64,000 nucleotides of DNA from an uncultured Acidobacteriota bacterium (GTDB lineage Bacteria; Acidobacteriota; Vicinamibacteria; Vicinamibacterales; CAVVIG01), in NCBI GenBank assembly GCA_963695635.1, contig CAVOHK010000005.1, positions 135,078 through 199,077 of the forward strand, given 5' to 3'. The position numbers and the translations under genes are program-made. Of this stretch, positions 40,392 through 50,200 are shown piece after piece. The notes beneath the pieces are model-generated. The model ran no database searches and was not told the DNA's origin. It saw only the letters and a list, made by a program, of their open reading frames with translations. Position 1 is the first letter of the stretch. Each line of letters begins with the position of its first letter.

Positions 40392-41639
40392 CTAGAACCA
40401 ATACACCAATTGTGCCCCGAACAGGTTTGCCTCCGACTTCAGCCGGCCACCATCGCGCCGGTTCCGCTGATAGGCGAGCTTCGCCAGCAAGTTGCGTTGA
40501 ATCGAATAACCGCCGCCGACTTCGACTCGTTTCACCGGGGCGTCCCATGGAGCGGTCTTCGTCGTGCCGGTGATTTCGCTGAATCCGAGGTGACCGACGC
40601 GTGCGGCGGCATAGAGGCCAGGCAGGATCGTGTATTTGGCTTCGACCGACAGCGAGGTCGCGCGCAAGGGCGAGTCGATCGCCGGCGTGCGGCGTGCGAG
40701 GTCGCAGGTCAAGCATGGCGGCACGTCCCACGCGGAAAAGATTCCTTCGCCGCGCACCAGCAGATGATCGCGCGAGTATTCGACGTCCGCGCCCCAGCCG
40801 GTTTGCGTGTAGTGCGGGGTGTGCATGTCCGCGGTCGCGGCACGCACGGCATCGTCGCCCAGGAACGCGCCGCGCGCGAACGAGGCGCCGGCAATCAATC
40901 CCACGATCGGCCGCGCCTCGATGCGGGCAGCCAACTGGCGTCCGCCATTATCGTCGTCGAACAACGGATTCGATAACGTCCCGCTCGTTACTGAACCCGT
41001 GACCGACAGCACGTCGCCTGGCAGCGCGGCGTGAACCTGCACGCCAGTGTCCCAACGGAAGCCGTTGATCAGCGGCACGCCATTAGCCAAGGTCGGGTCG
41101 CCCACCGAATAGCGAACCAGCCAACCGAGGCCGGCTTTCTGCAACAGTTCGTCGGCGTTTGCCGGGAGGGCGTCGGGTCGCAGCGTCGTCAAATACTGAT
41201 AGCCGAGCGGATAGCCAATCAGGGGATTGTCCGACGCGTAGGTGCGACGGCCGAACGCACCGAAGGTGGGCGGCAGGCGGCCGATCTGAATGTCGAATGC
41301 GCGCCCCGTCCAGGGACGGATGCGCAGGTAAAGCGCGTACGGCCGCACGCTGTCGAGATTTTCGGTCTGGAGCTCACCGAGCAGTGCGAAGTGGTCGTTC
41401 GCCTTTACCGTGCCCGACACATTGATGCGAATCAGCCGCAGCGCAGAATGGTCGTAGTCGGTGTAGTCGAAGAATCCGGGATCTTCGGAACCGAATGCCG
41501 CCGACACATCGCCGGCCATGGTCACGCGGCCGTCGGCAAACGACACTGGTCCCGACGGCAGCGTTTGCGCATCGGCCGAGCGGCCGGTCGACGCACAGAC
41601 ACACGCGAGCAATAACCAGCGGCCGACGACAGTTCGCAT
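40392..41639 (-). CDS. Probable outer-membrane beta-barrel protein
   Basis: Signal peptide, amphipathic strands, C-terminal GAQLVYWF. Confidence 0.75.
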   Translation of the reverse strand: MRTVVGRWLLLACVCASTGRSADAQTLPSGPVSFADGRVTMAGDVSAAFGSEDPGFFDYTDYDHSALRLIRINVSGTVKANDHFALLGELQTENLDSVRPYALYLRIRPWTGRAFDIQIGRLPPTFGAFGRRTYASDNPLIGYPLGYQYLTTLRPDALPANADELLQKAGLGWLVRYSVGDPTLANGVPLINGFRWDTGVQVHAALPGDVLSVTGSVTSGTLSNPLFDDDNGGRQLAARIEARPIVGLIAGASFARGAFLGDDAVRAATADMHTPHYTQTGWGADVEYSRDHLLVRGEGIFSAWDVPPCLTCDLARRTPAIDSPLRATSLSVEAKYTILPGLYAAARVGHLGFSEITGTTKTAPWDAPVKRVEVGGGYSIQRNLLAKLAYQRNRRDGGRLKSEANLFGAQLVYWF

Positions 41640-41666
41640 GCTGACAAGCAAATTATAATCCGCGCG

Positions 41667-42416
41667 ATGGTGCGAACCTGTGCGGTTGCGATCGCCTTGG
41701 CGTTGTGGTGCGCCGCGGTGATTCGCGCCGCCGACGTCACCGATCGCGTGACGCAAACGGTTCCGCTCGCTCCGGGCCGCGCCATCCAAGTGGACACGAC
41801 AGTTGGCGACGTCACGATTGTTGGATCCAATCGGCCGGACGTCGCCGTTGAGATCGTCCGCCGCGCGCCCTCATCAGACAGCTTCTCGAAATTTCCAGTG
41901 GTCATCGACAACACCGGTGACGCGCTGCGCGTCGGCGCGACGCAAACGGCCGACGGCCGGGACCCGGCGCTGATCAGCACCGTGGTGATCCGCGCGCCGG
42001 CGAACGCGAATTTTCAGTCGATTCGTGTGTTCGAAGGCCGTCTGCGGATTTCGGGTCTGACCGCCGCCTGTGATGCCGATGTTCGTCGCGGATCGATTGA
42101 AGCGACCGCGGTCGCGGGACGCGTTCGGCTGGAGACTGGTCTCGGCAGCGTCGATGTGAAGGACGCGGCGCTCGCACCGGGCGGCATGTTGCGCGTCCGC
42201 GTCTTCAACGGTCCGTTACGGGTTCGGTTCGCGCGCGCACCGCAGAATGCGCGCATCCTCGCCGTCACGCTCAACGGTCAGATCAAATCTGACATCCCGC
42301 TGACGATGAAGGACCAGTTCGGCCCGCGATTCGGCGAGACGACGCTGGGCAGCGGCGAACCGGTGATGTCGCTCGACGTCGTCAAAGGCGATATTGCGAT
42401 CAGCGTCGCTCGCTGA
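41667..42416 (+). CDS. DUF4097-like beta-strand repeat exported protein
   Basis: Signal peptide; repeated TxxGDV/GSI/GSV/NGQI/GDI units. Confidence 0.7.
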   Translation: MVRTCAVAIALALWCAAVIRAADVTDRVTQTVPLAPGRAIQVDTTVGDVTIVGSNRPDVAVEIVRRAPSSDSFSKFPVVIDNTGDALRVGATQTADGRDPALISTVVIRAPANANFQSIRVFEGRLRISGLTAACDADVRRGSIEATAVAGRVRLETGLGSVDVKDAALAPGGMLRVRVFNGPLRVRFARAPQNARILAVTLNGQIKSDIPLTMKDQFGPRFGETTLGSGEPVMSLDVVKGDIAISVAR

Positions 42417-42831
42417 TCCACCGGATCACCATCGTTCCCGAATGCAATCGGGTCAGCGTCGGATCGGGGTACGGCGTCAGCAGCGTCACCGACTCGAGGC
42501 GGCCATCGGCCTCGCGCCAGCCGCGTTGGACGGTAACGCGCCGCCCACCGTATAACTGGACTAAGCGGGAGCGGCTGTAAGACCCGGCGGTGCCGAACGC
42601 GTCGAGCGGCTCGAGCCGCTCCGGTTCCGCGAGGTGTACCGATTCTGTAATGGTGCGGGCGCCCGGGACGATTTCGTCAGTGACGCAGACCTCGTAGCGG
42701 CCATCGGGTGGCGCTTTCGGCGTAAACAAGGTGTCAAATGCCGGGTCGCAGGTGCGGCGAATGTCACTTCGGGGCGCGGCTTCCTGCCCTGCCGATAAGG
42801 CTAGTAAAATCAATGTGATGCCGTATATCAT
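42400..42831 (-). CDS. Hypothetical exported protein
   Basis: [17 protein letters not shown] signal-like N-terminus; fills the gap between neighbours; GGAAAGTGG upstream. Confidence 0.6.
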   Translation of the reverse strand: MIYGITLILLALSAGQEAAPRSDIRRTCDPAFDTLFTPKAPPDGRYEVCVTDEIVPGARTITESVHLAEPERLEPLDAFGTAGSYSRSRLVQLYGGRRVTVQRGWREADGRLESVTLLTPYPDPTLTRLHSGTMVIRWISERR

Positions 42832-42906
42832 CTGCGAGTCGCCACTTTCCACGATAGCAGAAGCTGGGGACTCGATACCGGGCTGGGGACTGGGCGGGAG
42901 AGTCAA

Positions 42907-43443
42907 TTGGGTCTGATCGATCACAAGTTCGAAGACAACTTCATCACCACCAGCATTGATCGCGTTCTGAACTGGGCGCGCGAATCGTCCATCTGGCCGA
43001 TGGGATTCGGCCTGGCGTGCTGCGCGATCGAGATGATGGCGGCGTCGGCATCGCGCTACGACATCGCGCGATTTGGCGCCGAGGTCTTTCGCGCGTCGCC
43101 GCGACAATCCGATTTGATGATCGTCGCCGGCACCGTGACCAAGAAGATGGCGCCGGTGCTGCGTCGGCTGTACGACCAGATGCCTGAACCCAAGTGGGTG
43201 ATTTCGATGGGCAGCTGTTCGAACGCCGGCGGGCCATTCCCGACCTACAGCGTGCTGCAGGGTGTGGACAAGGTCGTGCCGGTCGACGTCTACGTGTCCG
43301 GCTGCCCGCCGCGTCCCGAGGCGCTCCTCTACGGACTCATGCGCCTGCAAGACAAGATCAAAAAAGAAGGCACCGTGCTGCGCAAGGAGCGGCTGATTCC
43401 GCTCGGCGAGTCGGAGCCGGTCGTCATCGGCGAGAGGTCCTGA
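42907..43443 (+). CDS. nuoB: NADH-quinone oxidoreductase subunit B
   Basis: [40 protein letters not shown] before TTG. Confidence 0.95.
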   Translation: MGLIDHKFEDNFITTSIDRVLNWARESSIWPMGFGLACCAIEMMAASASRYDIARFGAEVFRASPRQSDLMIVAGTVTKKMAPVLRRLYDQMPEPKWVISMGSCSNAGGPFPTYSVLQGVDKVVPVDVYVSGCPPRPEALLYGLMRLQDKIKKEGTVLRKERLIPLGESEPVVIGERS

Positions 43444-43445
43444 CG

Positions 43446-43910
43446 GTGTTGCTTCGATTCCTGAAATCGATCTTTCTGATCGACCTGCTCAAGGGGATGT
43501 GGATCACGCTCAAGTACACGCCGCAGCCGGCGTTCACCTTCCAATACCCCGCGGAACGCCGCCCGACGGCGCCGCGGTTCCGCGGCGTGCTGCGGCTGCA
43601 GACCGAACCAGGGACCGGCGCGCAGACCTGCATCGTCTGTGACCAGTGTGCCAAGGCATGTCCGGACGACTTGATTGCGCTCGGCGGCCATCGCGAAGCC
43701 GGCACCAAGATCAAGGTGCTCGACTATTTCGACTTCAATCTGTCGCGGTGCAGCTTCTGCGGACTCTGTGCGGAGGTCTGTCCGACGAAACCGATCAAGG
43801 CGCTGATCATGAGCGAGGACTACGAACTCGGCAGCTACGGCCGCGAAGCGCAAATCCTCCGGGTAGACCAGATGTACGACGGGGTTCCGATCGAACAGTA
43901 CACGCACTGA
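43446..43910 (+). CDS. nuoI: NADH-quinone oxidoreductase subunit I (2x[4Fe-4S])
   Basis: TFQYP, PRFRG, CIVCDQCAKACP, CSFCGLCAEVCP. Confidence 0.9.
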   Translation: MLLRFLKSIFLIDLLKGMWITLKYTPQPAFTFQYPAERRPTAPRFRGVLRLQTEPGTGAQTCIVCDQCAKACPDDLIALGGHREAGTKIKVLDYFDFNLSRCSFCGLCAEVCPTKPIKALIMSEDYELGSYGREAQILRVDQMYDGVPIEQYTH

Positions 43911-44014
43911 TTTTCCGTTTTCGAAACGCGGCGACCACTCGATTGCAAGGGAATCCGGCCTGATCGAGGTCGGATCGGATTTTGTAAGCACCGGCTGGTT
44001 CCCAGGAGGGTTGG

Positions 44015-45529
44015 ATGAGAAGCGCCTTCCGAGTTGCGGCGGTCACGGCCATCGTCGCCGCAGGCTCGTTCGTAATCCGTGCGGATGTCACACCGTCGTC
44101 GCAGGCGTCGGAAATTCAGCTGCAACTCGGCGATCTGCTGTTTTCGGAAGGCCGTTTCCTCGATTCGCTGGACGCCTACAAGCTGGCTCTGAAGTCCGCG
44201 TTACCGGACAACATGCGACGGCCCCGCATCGGGGTGATTGCGTCGGCGCTGCGCGTCGCGGAATTCGACCTCGCGCGCAGCGAGGCCGAACTGCTCCACA
44301 CAGCGGATCCGACCGGCCCCGACGTGATGGCGCTTTACGGGGACGCGCTGTGGGCCTCGGGTCTGTTCCAGGAGGCGGAAAACCAGTATCGCGACGCGCT
44401 CGCGGCCCAGCCCGAGCTTGCGCGCGGCCATCACGGGATGGCGCGTTCGCTCGCGGCGCGCAGCAAGCTCGAAGACGCGATGAACGAGGCGCAGACCGCC
44501 TTGCGGATGTCGCCGCGCGATCTCGAGATTCACCACACCGTCGGCACGATTTACGAGCGGATGCACAAGTACGAAGAGGCGGCCTCGGCGTTTTCCAACT
44601 ACGTGAACCTGCTGCCGAATAAGGATCACAGCGAGAAGGCCGACTGGTCGCGCGCCGAAATTCGCTTCCTGCGTTCGTTCGGCCAGCGGGTGCCGTTCGA
44701 CACCGAAGCCGGCGCCGAGGACCGCATCTACACGGTGGATTTCCGGCTGGTGAACGAAAAGGTCGTGGTGCGCGCCAAGGTGAACGACGCGTCGGCGCAG
44801 GATTTCGTGATCGATACCGGGTCGGAAAACACCATCATCACGCGCCAGACCGCGCAGCGGCTCGGCATCACGCCGGTCACTTATACGCTCAGCGCCGGAG
44901 TCGGGCGGGTTGGCCTGCGCGGCCTGCAACTGGCGCGGATGGATTCACTGGAAATTGGTTCGCTGAAGCTGCGCAACGTGCCGTGCCTGATCAAGAACCC
45001 GCCGCTTCGCGATATTCCGGTGAAGGAAACCGAGGCGTTGTCGCCGCTGGCGCTCGGCTACTCGATGGTGATCGACTACAAGTCCCACAAGCTGACCTTC
45101 GGCAAGAAGCTGGCGGACGAAGCGAAAGACATCGAGCTGCCACTGCGGCTGCATCGCCTTGCGACCGTCAGCGGGATGGTCGACGGCGGCCACAAAGTGA
45201 ACTTCGTCGTCGATACCGGTGGGGAAGTGATTTCGATCAGCCAGGCGACCGCAACCGCGCTGAACAAGCCGCAGACCGGCCGCAGGATTGCGCTGAAGGT
45301 TTACGGCACGTCGGGCTGGGACGATGACGCGTTTTTGATGCCGGGCGTGAACCTGGCGTTCGACACCATCAAGTACGACAACTTCCCGGTGGTGGTGCTG
45401 AACCTGAACGCGCCGAGCGCACTGCTCGGATTTCAGCTCGGCGGAATTGTTGGTCACAAGTTCCTGAGCAAGTACCGCGTCGGGATCGACCTCGACAAGA
45501 GCGTGCTGCGGCTGAAGAACGTTTCGTAG
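44015..45529 (+). CDS. Exported TPR protein with two retropepsin-like aspartyl protease domains
   Basis: TPR helices; FVIDTGS, FVVDTGG, GIVGHKFL; AGGAGG SD. Confidence 0.85.
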   Translation: MRSAFRVAAVTAIVAAGSFVIRADVTPSSQASEIQLQLGDLLFSEGRFLDSLDAYKLALKSALPDNMRRPRIGVIASALRVAEFDLARSEAELLHTADPTGPDVMALYGDALWASGLFQEAENQYRDALAAQPELARGHHGMARSLAARSKLEDAMNEAQTALRMSPRDLEIHHTVGTIYERMHKYEEAASAFSNYVNLLPNKDHSEKADWSRAEIRFLRSFGQRVPFDTEAGAEDRIYTVDFRLVNEKVVVRAKVNDASAQDFVIDTGSENTIITRQTAQRLGITPVTYTLSAGVGRVGLRGLQLARMDSLEIGSLKLRNVPCLIKNPPLRDIPVKETEALSPLALGYSMVIDYKSHKLTFGKKLADEAKDIELPLRLHRLATVSGMVDGGHKVNFVVDTGGEVISISQATATALNKPQTGRRIALKVYGTSGWDDDAFLMPGVNLAFDTIKYDNFPVVVLNLNAPSALLGFQLGGIVGHKFLSKYRVGIDLDKSVLRLKNVS

Positions 45530-45532
45530 CGA

Positions 45533-45564
45533 CTGAAGTCGGAAGTCTGAACTTCAGACTTCAG
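45533..45564. repeat. Small inverted 7-mer element, (GAAGTC)x2...(ACTTCAG)x2
   Basis: CTGAAGTCGGAAGTCTGAACTTCAGACTTCAG between convergent genes. Confidence 0.7.
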
Positions 45565-46049
45565 CTTCTACTTAGAGTTTCCGTCTTTTTCCTCAGACGT
45601 TCCGCTCGCCGCTCGCGCGCCGCCGCGCAAATTCTCTGCTCAGCCTCCGACTCCACCAGTAACGGTGGAATCCGTATCCGCCCGCCGGCTCGATCGATCG
45701 CGACAAACGTCAGAAAGGCACGGCTGGTCAGCTGACGGCGGCCGGTCAGCGTTTCCTCGGAAAAGACATCGACCTGCACTTCGAGCGACGTCGTGAAGAC
45801 GCAGGTGACGCGCGCCTTCAGGATGATCAAGTCGCCGACTTTGATCGAGTGAAGGAACTGCAGGTCGTCCACTGCGGCGGTGACCAGCAGGCTGCGGGTA
45901 TGGCGATGGCAGGCAATGGCGCCGGCGATGTCGATCAAGTGCATCACGGTGCCGCCAAGAATGAACCCGAGCGGATTCGCATCGTTCGGCAGCACGACCT
46001 GCACCATTTCGGTTTCGGATTCCGACGCGCGCTTCGGTTGGACATCCAT
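45561..46049 (-). CDS. Acyl-CoA thioesterase, YciA-like hotdog
   Basis: VLPNDANPLGFILGG, DIAG, VTAAVD, LTFVAID. Confidence 0.88.
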   Translation of the reverse strand: MDVQPKRASESETEMVQVVLPNDANPLGFILGGTVMHLIDIAGAIACHRHTRSLLVTAAVDDLQFLHSIKVGDLIILKARVTCVFTTSLEVQVDVFSEETLTGRRQLTSRAFLTFVAIDRAGGRIRIPPLLVESEAEQRICAAARERRAERLRKKTETLSRS

Positions 46050-46072
46050 AGATTGGATGTTAACTAGAGGAC

Positions 46073-46206
46073 GACACAAAAGACACAAAGGACACAAAGG
46101 GTACAAAGGACACCAAGGCATTCCCCCAATGGTTCGAACAGCCCGATCGTTCGAACACTGCAGGGATGCCTTCGTGTCCTTTCGTATCCTTCGTGTCCTT
46201 AGTGTG
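46073..46206. repeat. Inverted array of 9-bp repeats, (GACACAAAG)x5...(CTTCGTGTC)x4
   Basis: GACACAAAA GACACAAAG GACACAAAG GGTACAAAG GACACCAAG ... CTTCGTGTC CTTTCGTATC CTTCGTGTC CTTAGTGTG. Confidence 0.88.
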
Positions 46207-46218
46207 ATCGTTAGTCAC

Positions 46219-46671
46219 TTATTTCCCTGACAGTTCCGGTTCTTCATTCAGTCGCTTCGCCACATTGCGCAGATAGGTATCCATCGTCGCGTGGTGGCCC
46301 ATGATGAAGCGCGAGACGAATCGGAAGATGACGTTCGACACCCAACCGGCTTCGGTGATCGTCAGCGTCGACCCGGTCGGCGTCGGGGCGATGACCAACG
46401 TCCAGGTGCCGCCAAATGGCTGGTTCGGGTCGGCGATTCGGGTCACCAGTTTTTTCGGTGGCACCGATTCGACGATCTCGACCGGCACGTCTTGACCAGT
46501 TGCGTCCTTGCCGAATGCCGGATCGGAGATCACAGCCCACACTTCCTGGGCCGGGCGGCGCATCGTCAGAGTGCGGCTGGCCATGTGGTCGCGCGGCAGC
46601 AGCGCGCCGATCGCGGCGACGACTGCAACCAGCACGATGACGATGACGACGGCGAGCAGGATCCATTTCAT
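46219..46671 (-). CDS. SRPBCC-family protein with N-terminal TM anchor
   Basis: Hydrophobic N-terminus, PAQEVWAVISD, FGGTWT, TITEAG. Confidence 0.75.
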   Translation of the reverse strand: MKWILLAVVIVIVLVAVVAAIGALLPRDHMASRTLTMRRPAQEVWAVISDPAFGKDATGQDVPVEIVESVPPKKLVTRIADPNQPFGGTWTLVIAPTPTGSTLTITEAGWVSNVIFRFVSRFIMGHHATMDTYLRNVAKRLNEEPELSGK

Positions 46672-47137
46672 CGCGAATACCTAATTCCTAATTCCTGCTT
46701 CCTGCTTCGCGTCATGTGGAGATTTGACGCGCGAGCGAGCAGCGCTAAGCCCTGCAGCGCCGTGGCCCGATCTGCGGAGGAGAGCTCGCCGAGCACCCCT
46801 TCGACCCGCATCGGATCGAGCACCGACTTGGCCTCCCGCACCCGGACGCCGGCGGCGGTGATGCGCAGCAACACCCGGCGGCGATCTTTCGGGTCGCGGG
46901 CCCGCTGCACGTAGGCGCGGTCTTCGAGCCGATCGATCGCCAGCGACATCGTTGCCACCGTGACACCCATGTGGCCGGCGAGGTCGGTCATCGACATCGG
47001 ATCGACCTCGTCGAGGTGGTCGAGGATGCTCGCCTGGTGAGCGCTGAGTTCGGCGCCGGTCTGCGGGTCGCGCACGTGCCGGGTGTGGCAGGCGAAATAG
47101 ATCCGCGGGTAGGCATCGAGCACATCGCGGACGTCAC
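46668..47137 (-). CDS. MarR-family regulator; start uncertain, possible indel near 47130
   Basis: LSAHQASILDHL, MSMTDLAGHMGV, IDRLE, DPKDRR. Confidence 0.85.
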
Positions 47138-47145
47138 GATCGCGG

Positions 47146-47175
47146 TACTTTAGTTTGCTTTGTCAAACCAAAGTA
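47146..47175. promoter_or_regulatory. Probable MarR operator
   Basis: TACTTTAGTTTG-N6-CAAACCAAAGTA, 11/12 inverted match immediately upstream of marR. Confidence 0.65.
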
Positions 47176-47189
47176 ATATTACCAAAGAA

Positions 47190-47254
47190 GAACGCCGAGC
47201 ACGCCGAGCACGCCGAGAAAAATCTTCTCGGCGCTCTCTGCGGACTCGGCGTTC
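47190..47254. repeat. REP-like 3x9-mer inverted element, copy 3
   Basis: AACGCCGAG CACGCCGAG CACGCCGAG -9nt- CTCGGCGCT CTCTGCGGA CTCGGCGTT. Confidence 0.9.
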
Positions 47255-47263
47255 AGAAGTCTG

Positions 47264-50200
47264 TTAGAAATCGTAGCCGATCCAGACCGCGAAGCGCGGT
47301 TTCCGGAACTCGTGGCTGCCGCCGGCCGTCGCGAAGACGACGTCTTCCCAATCCTTGTTGAACAGCGTCCGCCACGACCAGTCGAAGTGGATCGGGAAAC
47401 CGAGCGCGAAGGTTTCCAGCCCGAGGCCGTACGACGCGCGGCCGTCCTTCAGACGGAACCCGGAGATTGCCTGTGGCGGCCCGTAGGTCAGTCTCAGGCT
47501 GCCGTCCGGATTGGTCCCAATCAGGCCAGTTCCTGGATTGACCTCGTAGCCGGTGACGACGCGGCAGATCTCGGTGTTGTTGGTCGCGAACTGGTAGCTC
47601 GTACCGCCCGTGCAGCCGTCGCTCGATTGCTGGTTGTTGAACCATGCGCCGCCGATGCCGGCGAAGAAGACGCCGCGGATGCCGCCGATCACGCCGATCG
47701 GCGTCAGCGCCGCTTCGATCAGCGGGAACCGCAGTTCGGCGTTGGCGTAGACGGTGTTCTGGCCGGCGAACTGCAGGTAGTCGTAACCGCGCAAATCGCC
47801 GTTGCCGCCGAAGTAGAGGAAGTCGGGGTAGTCGCCCATGCTCTTGAAGCCGCGGATACGCGTGGCCAGCAGGCCCGAGCCGCCGAGCCGCAGGTAGTGT
47901 CGGGCTTCGAGGTCGATCGTCTGCCGCGACAGCAGACTGCCGATTTTCGGCGACACATCGTAGGCCAATCGCATCGTGCTGCCGGCCAGCGGACCGAACT
48001 CGCGGAACACGGTCGTTTCCTGGATGAACTCGACGCCGAGCGGCACCATGGTGCCGTCGCGGAAGACGCGCTGGCCGTATTGCTGCGTCTGGTACTGCTG
48101 CGCCAGTTCTTCGATGCCCGGATCGTTGTACTCCTCGCGCAACTGCACCAGGCCGCCCGACACCTGGAGACGACGGTAGCGATCGAGCGGATAGATGCCG
48201 AGCGCGCTGCCGCCGCGGACGGTGCGGGTGGCCAGCGCCAGATCGCGATCGATGAACGGAGCGTAGGTCGGATCGTAAAACACGCCGCCCAGCTGACCGT
48301 AGAAGAACGTCGTCTGCGAGTAGCCTTGCAACGCGTACTGGAAGCGGCGCGACAAGTTGACGTAGGAAAGCGCCAGCGTGCGGTATTGCGAGATCGACGC
48401 CGCGTAGATATTCACCTGCTTGTCGCCGAGCACGTCGCCGAAACTGACCTGCGATCCGCCGAAGATGTCGCCGTTGCTGGTCACGCCGACGTTGATCGGC
48501 GGCCGGCCCTCAAGGAACATCTTTTCGAACGCGCCCTTCTTGCGGACGTTCGATGCCACCAGCGCATGCTGCAGCGGCGGCACAAAGTCGATTACCGGCC
48601 CGGGCGCGCCGAAGTCGGACGACGACGCGGTGTGCAACGGTTCTTTCCGGTCCAGCGTCCGGATGGTGTATTCGTTCTTGAAATAGCTGACGAACGCGAT
48701 GCGGTTCTGTTTGCCTTCATTCAGCACCACCGGCGACCAGTTGCCGCCGACCGCGTCGGTGTACTGACGCAGTTCGCCGCTGTTCAAGTCGAGCGTCCAG
48801 ATGTTGAAGATGTTGCCGTTGCGGGCCACGTCCGGTTCGAGCGGCACTGCCGGATCGGTGGCGGTCGAGGCAAAGACGATCGTGTGTTCGTCGATAAACT
48901 GCGCGCCGGTTTCGTCCTGCGTACCGAAAGTGATTTGCGTCTTCTGCTTCGACTCGAGATCCACCTTGAACAGCTTGTCGTTGCCGCTGACCCGCGCCGT
49001 ATAAACGATGAACTTGCCGTCCGGCGAATAGCTCGGGGCACGATCGCCGAACGGGTCGTTGGTGACGTTCATCACCGCCAGCGATTCCAGATCGACGGTG
49101 AAGATGTCGCCGACCGCGCCGCGCAGCGCATCGAACGCCACGAAGCGACCGTCCGGCGAAAACGCCGGCGACTCCGGTTCGTCGACGCTCTTCAGCGGAA
49201 TCTTCATTTCGACCTTGCGGGTCAGCACGTTCTGGATGACCAGCGTGCGTTCCTTTTCGGTACGGACAAAGTAGGCGAGGCGATCGCCTTTCGGCGACCA
49301 TCCCATCCACGGGTTCGCCATCGTATCGACGCCGAGCTGCACGAGGTGATCGAACCCCATGTCTTTGTCGAATCCGCGCGTCAGGTTGCGGACCACCGAG
49401 CCGTCTTTCGACGACACCAGAATGATGTCGAGTTCCTGGTCCTTGCGGTTGGCCGTCACCACCGCGATCAAATCGCCCGACGGCGACGGCGCGATCGACA
49501 ACGCCTGCGCGAAATTGGTCTTCTCCTTGTTCGGCGACAGGTCGCGGCCATAGTCGGCCGGACGTTCCTTGTCGCGGAACGGCTTGAAGCGCTCTTTCAA
49601 GTAGCGCTCGAACGCCTCGTCGAACTCGTCTTTCGTCATCTTCAGCGCTTCTTCGTAGGCGTCTTCACCGCCGCCGATGACGCTCTTCCGCAGCGCGAAC
49701 ATGAATTGACGAATGCCTTCTTTGCCGTACTTGGCCTCGATGAATTCGAAGACCGCGTGGCCAAGGTTGTAAATCAGCCGCGATGGTCCGGCAGTGCCGT
49801 AGCCTTCGAGTTGCGACATCTTCGGGATGATGTCGGCGATGGCCGCGTCGCGGACCGCCATCAGGTCGATTGGCGTCCACTGCCCGCGTTCGTAGTCCGA
49901 GAGCCCTTCGTTCACCCACAGCGGCACGCTGCGGCGAATCAGCGACTGCGGAATGATGTCGAACTCGAACTGGTGGGTCAGCTCGTGAACGATCAGGCCG
50001 TAGAGACGATCCGGCGGGTCGTCGATTGGCGCGACGATCCGCTGACGGAACGGTTCGGCGAAGGCGCCGACGCCTTCCTGGCCGGCGCCGGGTTCGATGT
50101 TCTGTTCCTCGAATTCGCTGTGGGTCTTGAAGATGATCAGCTGCACCTTGAACGACAGGTCGTGCTTCAGATCGGCGCTGACCTGCTGATAGGCGCTTTC

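Noticed and set aside
41647..41662. Sigma54 promoter on the minus strand (GG-N10-GC) for the barrel operon
   Set aside because: Poor -24 element, and the implied start site falls inside the coding region; the TATAAT -10 explains the site better
43911..44014. tRNA or riboswitch in the larger intergenic gaps (also 50440-50712)
   Set aside because: No cloverleaf, T-loop or riboswitch consensus recognised by eye; an Infernal/Rfam search would be needed to exclude one
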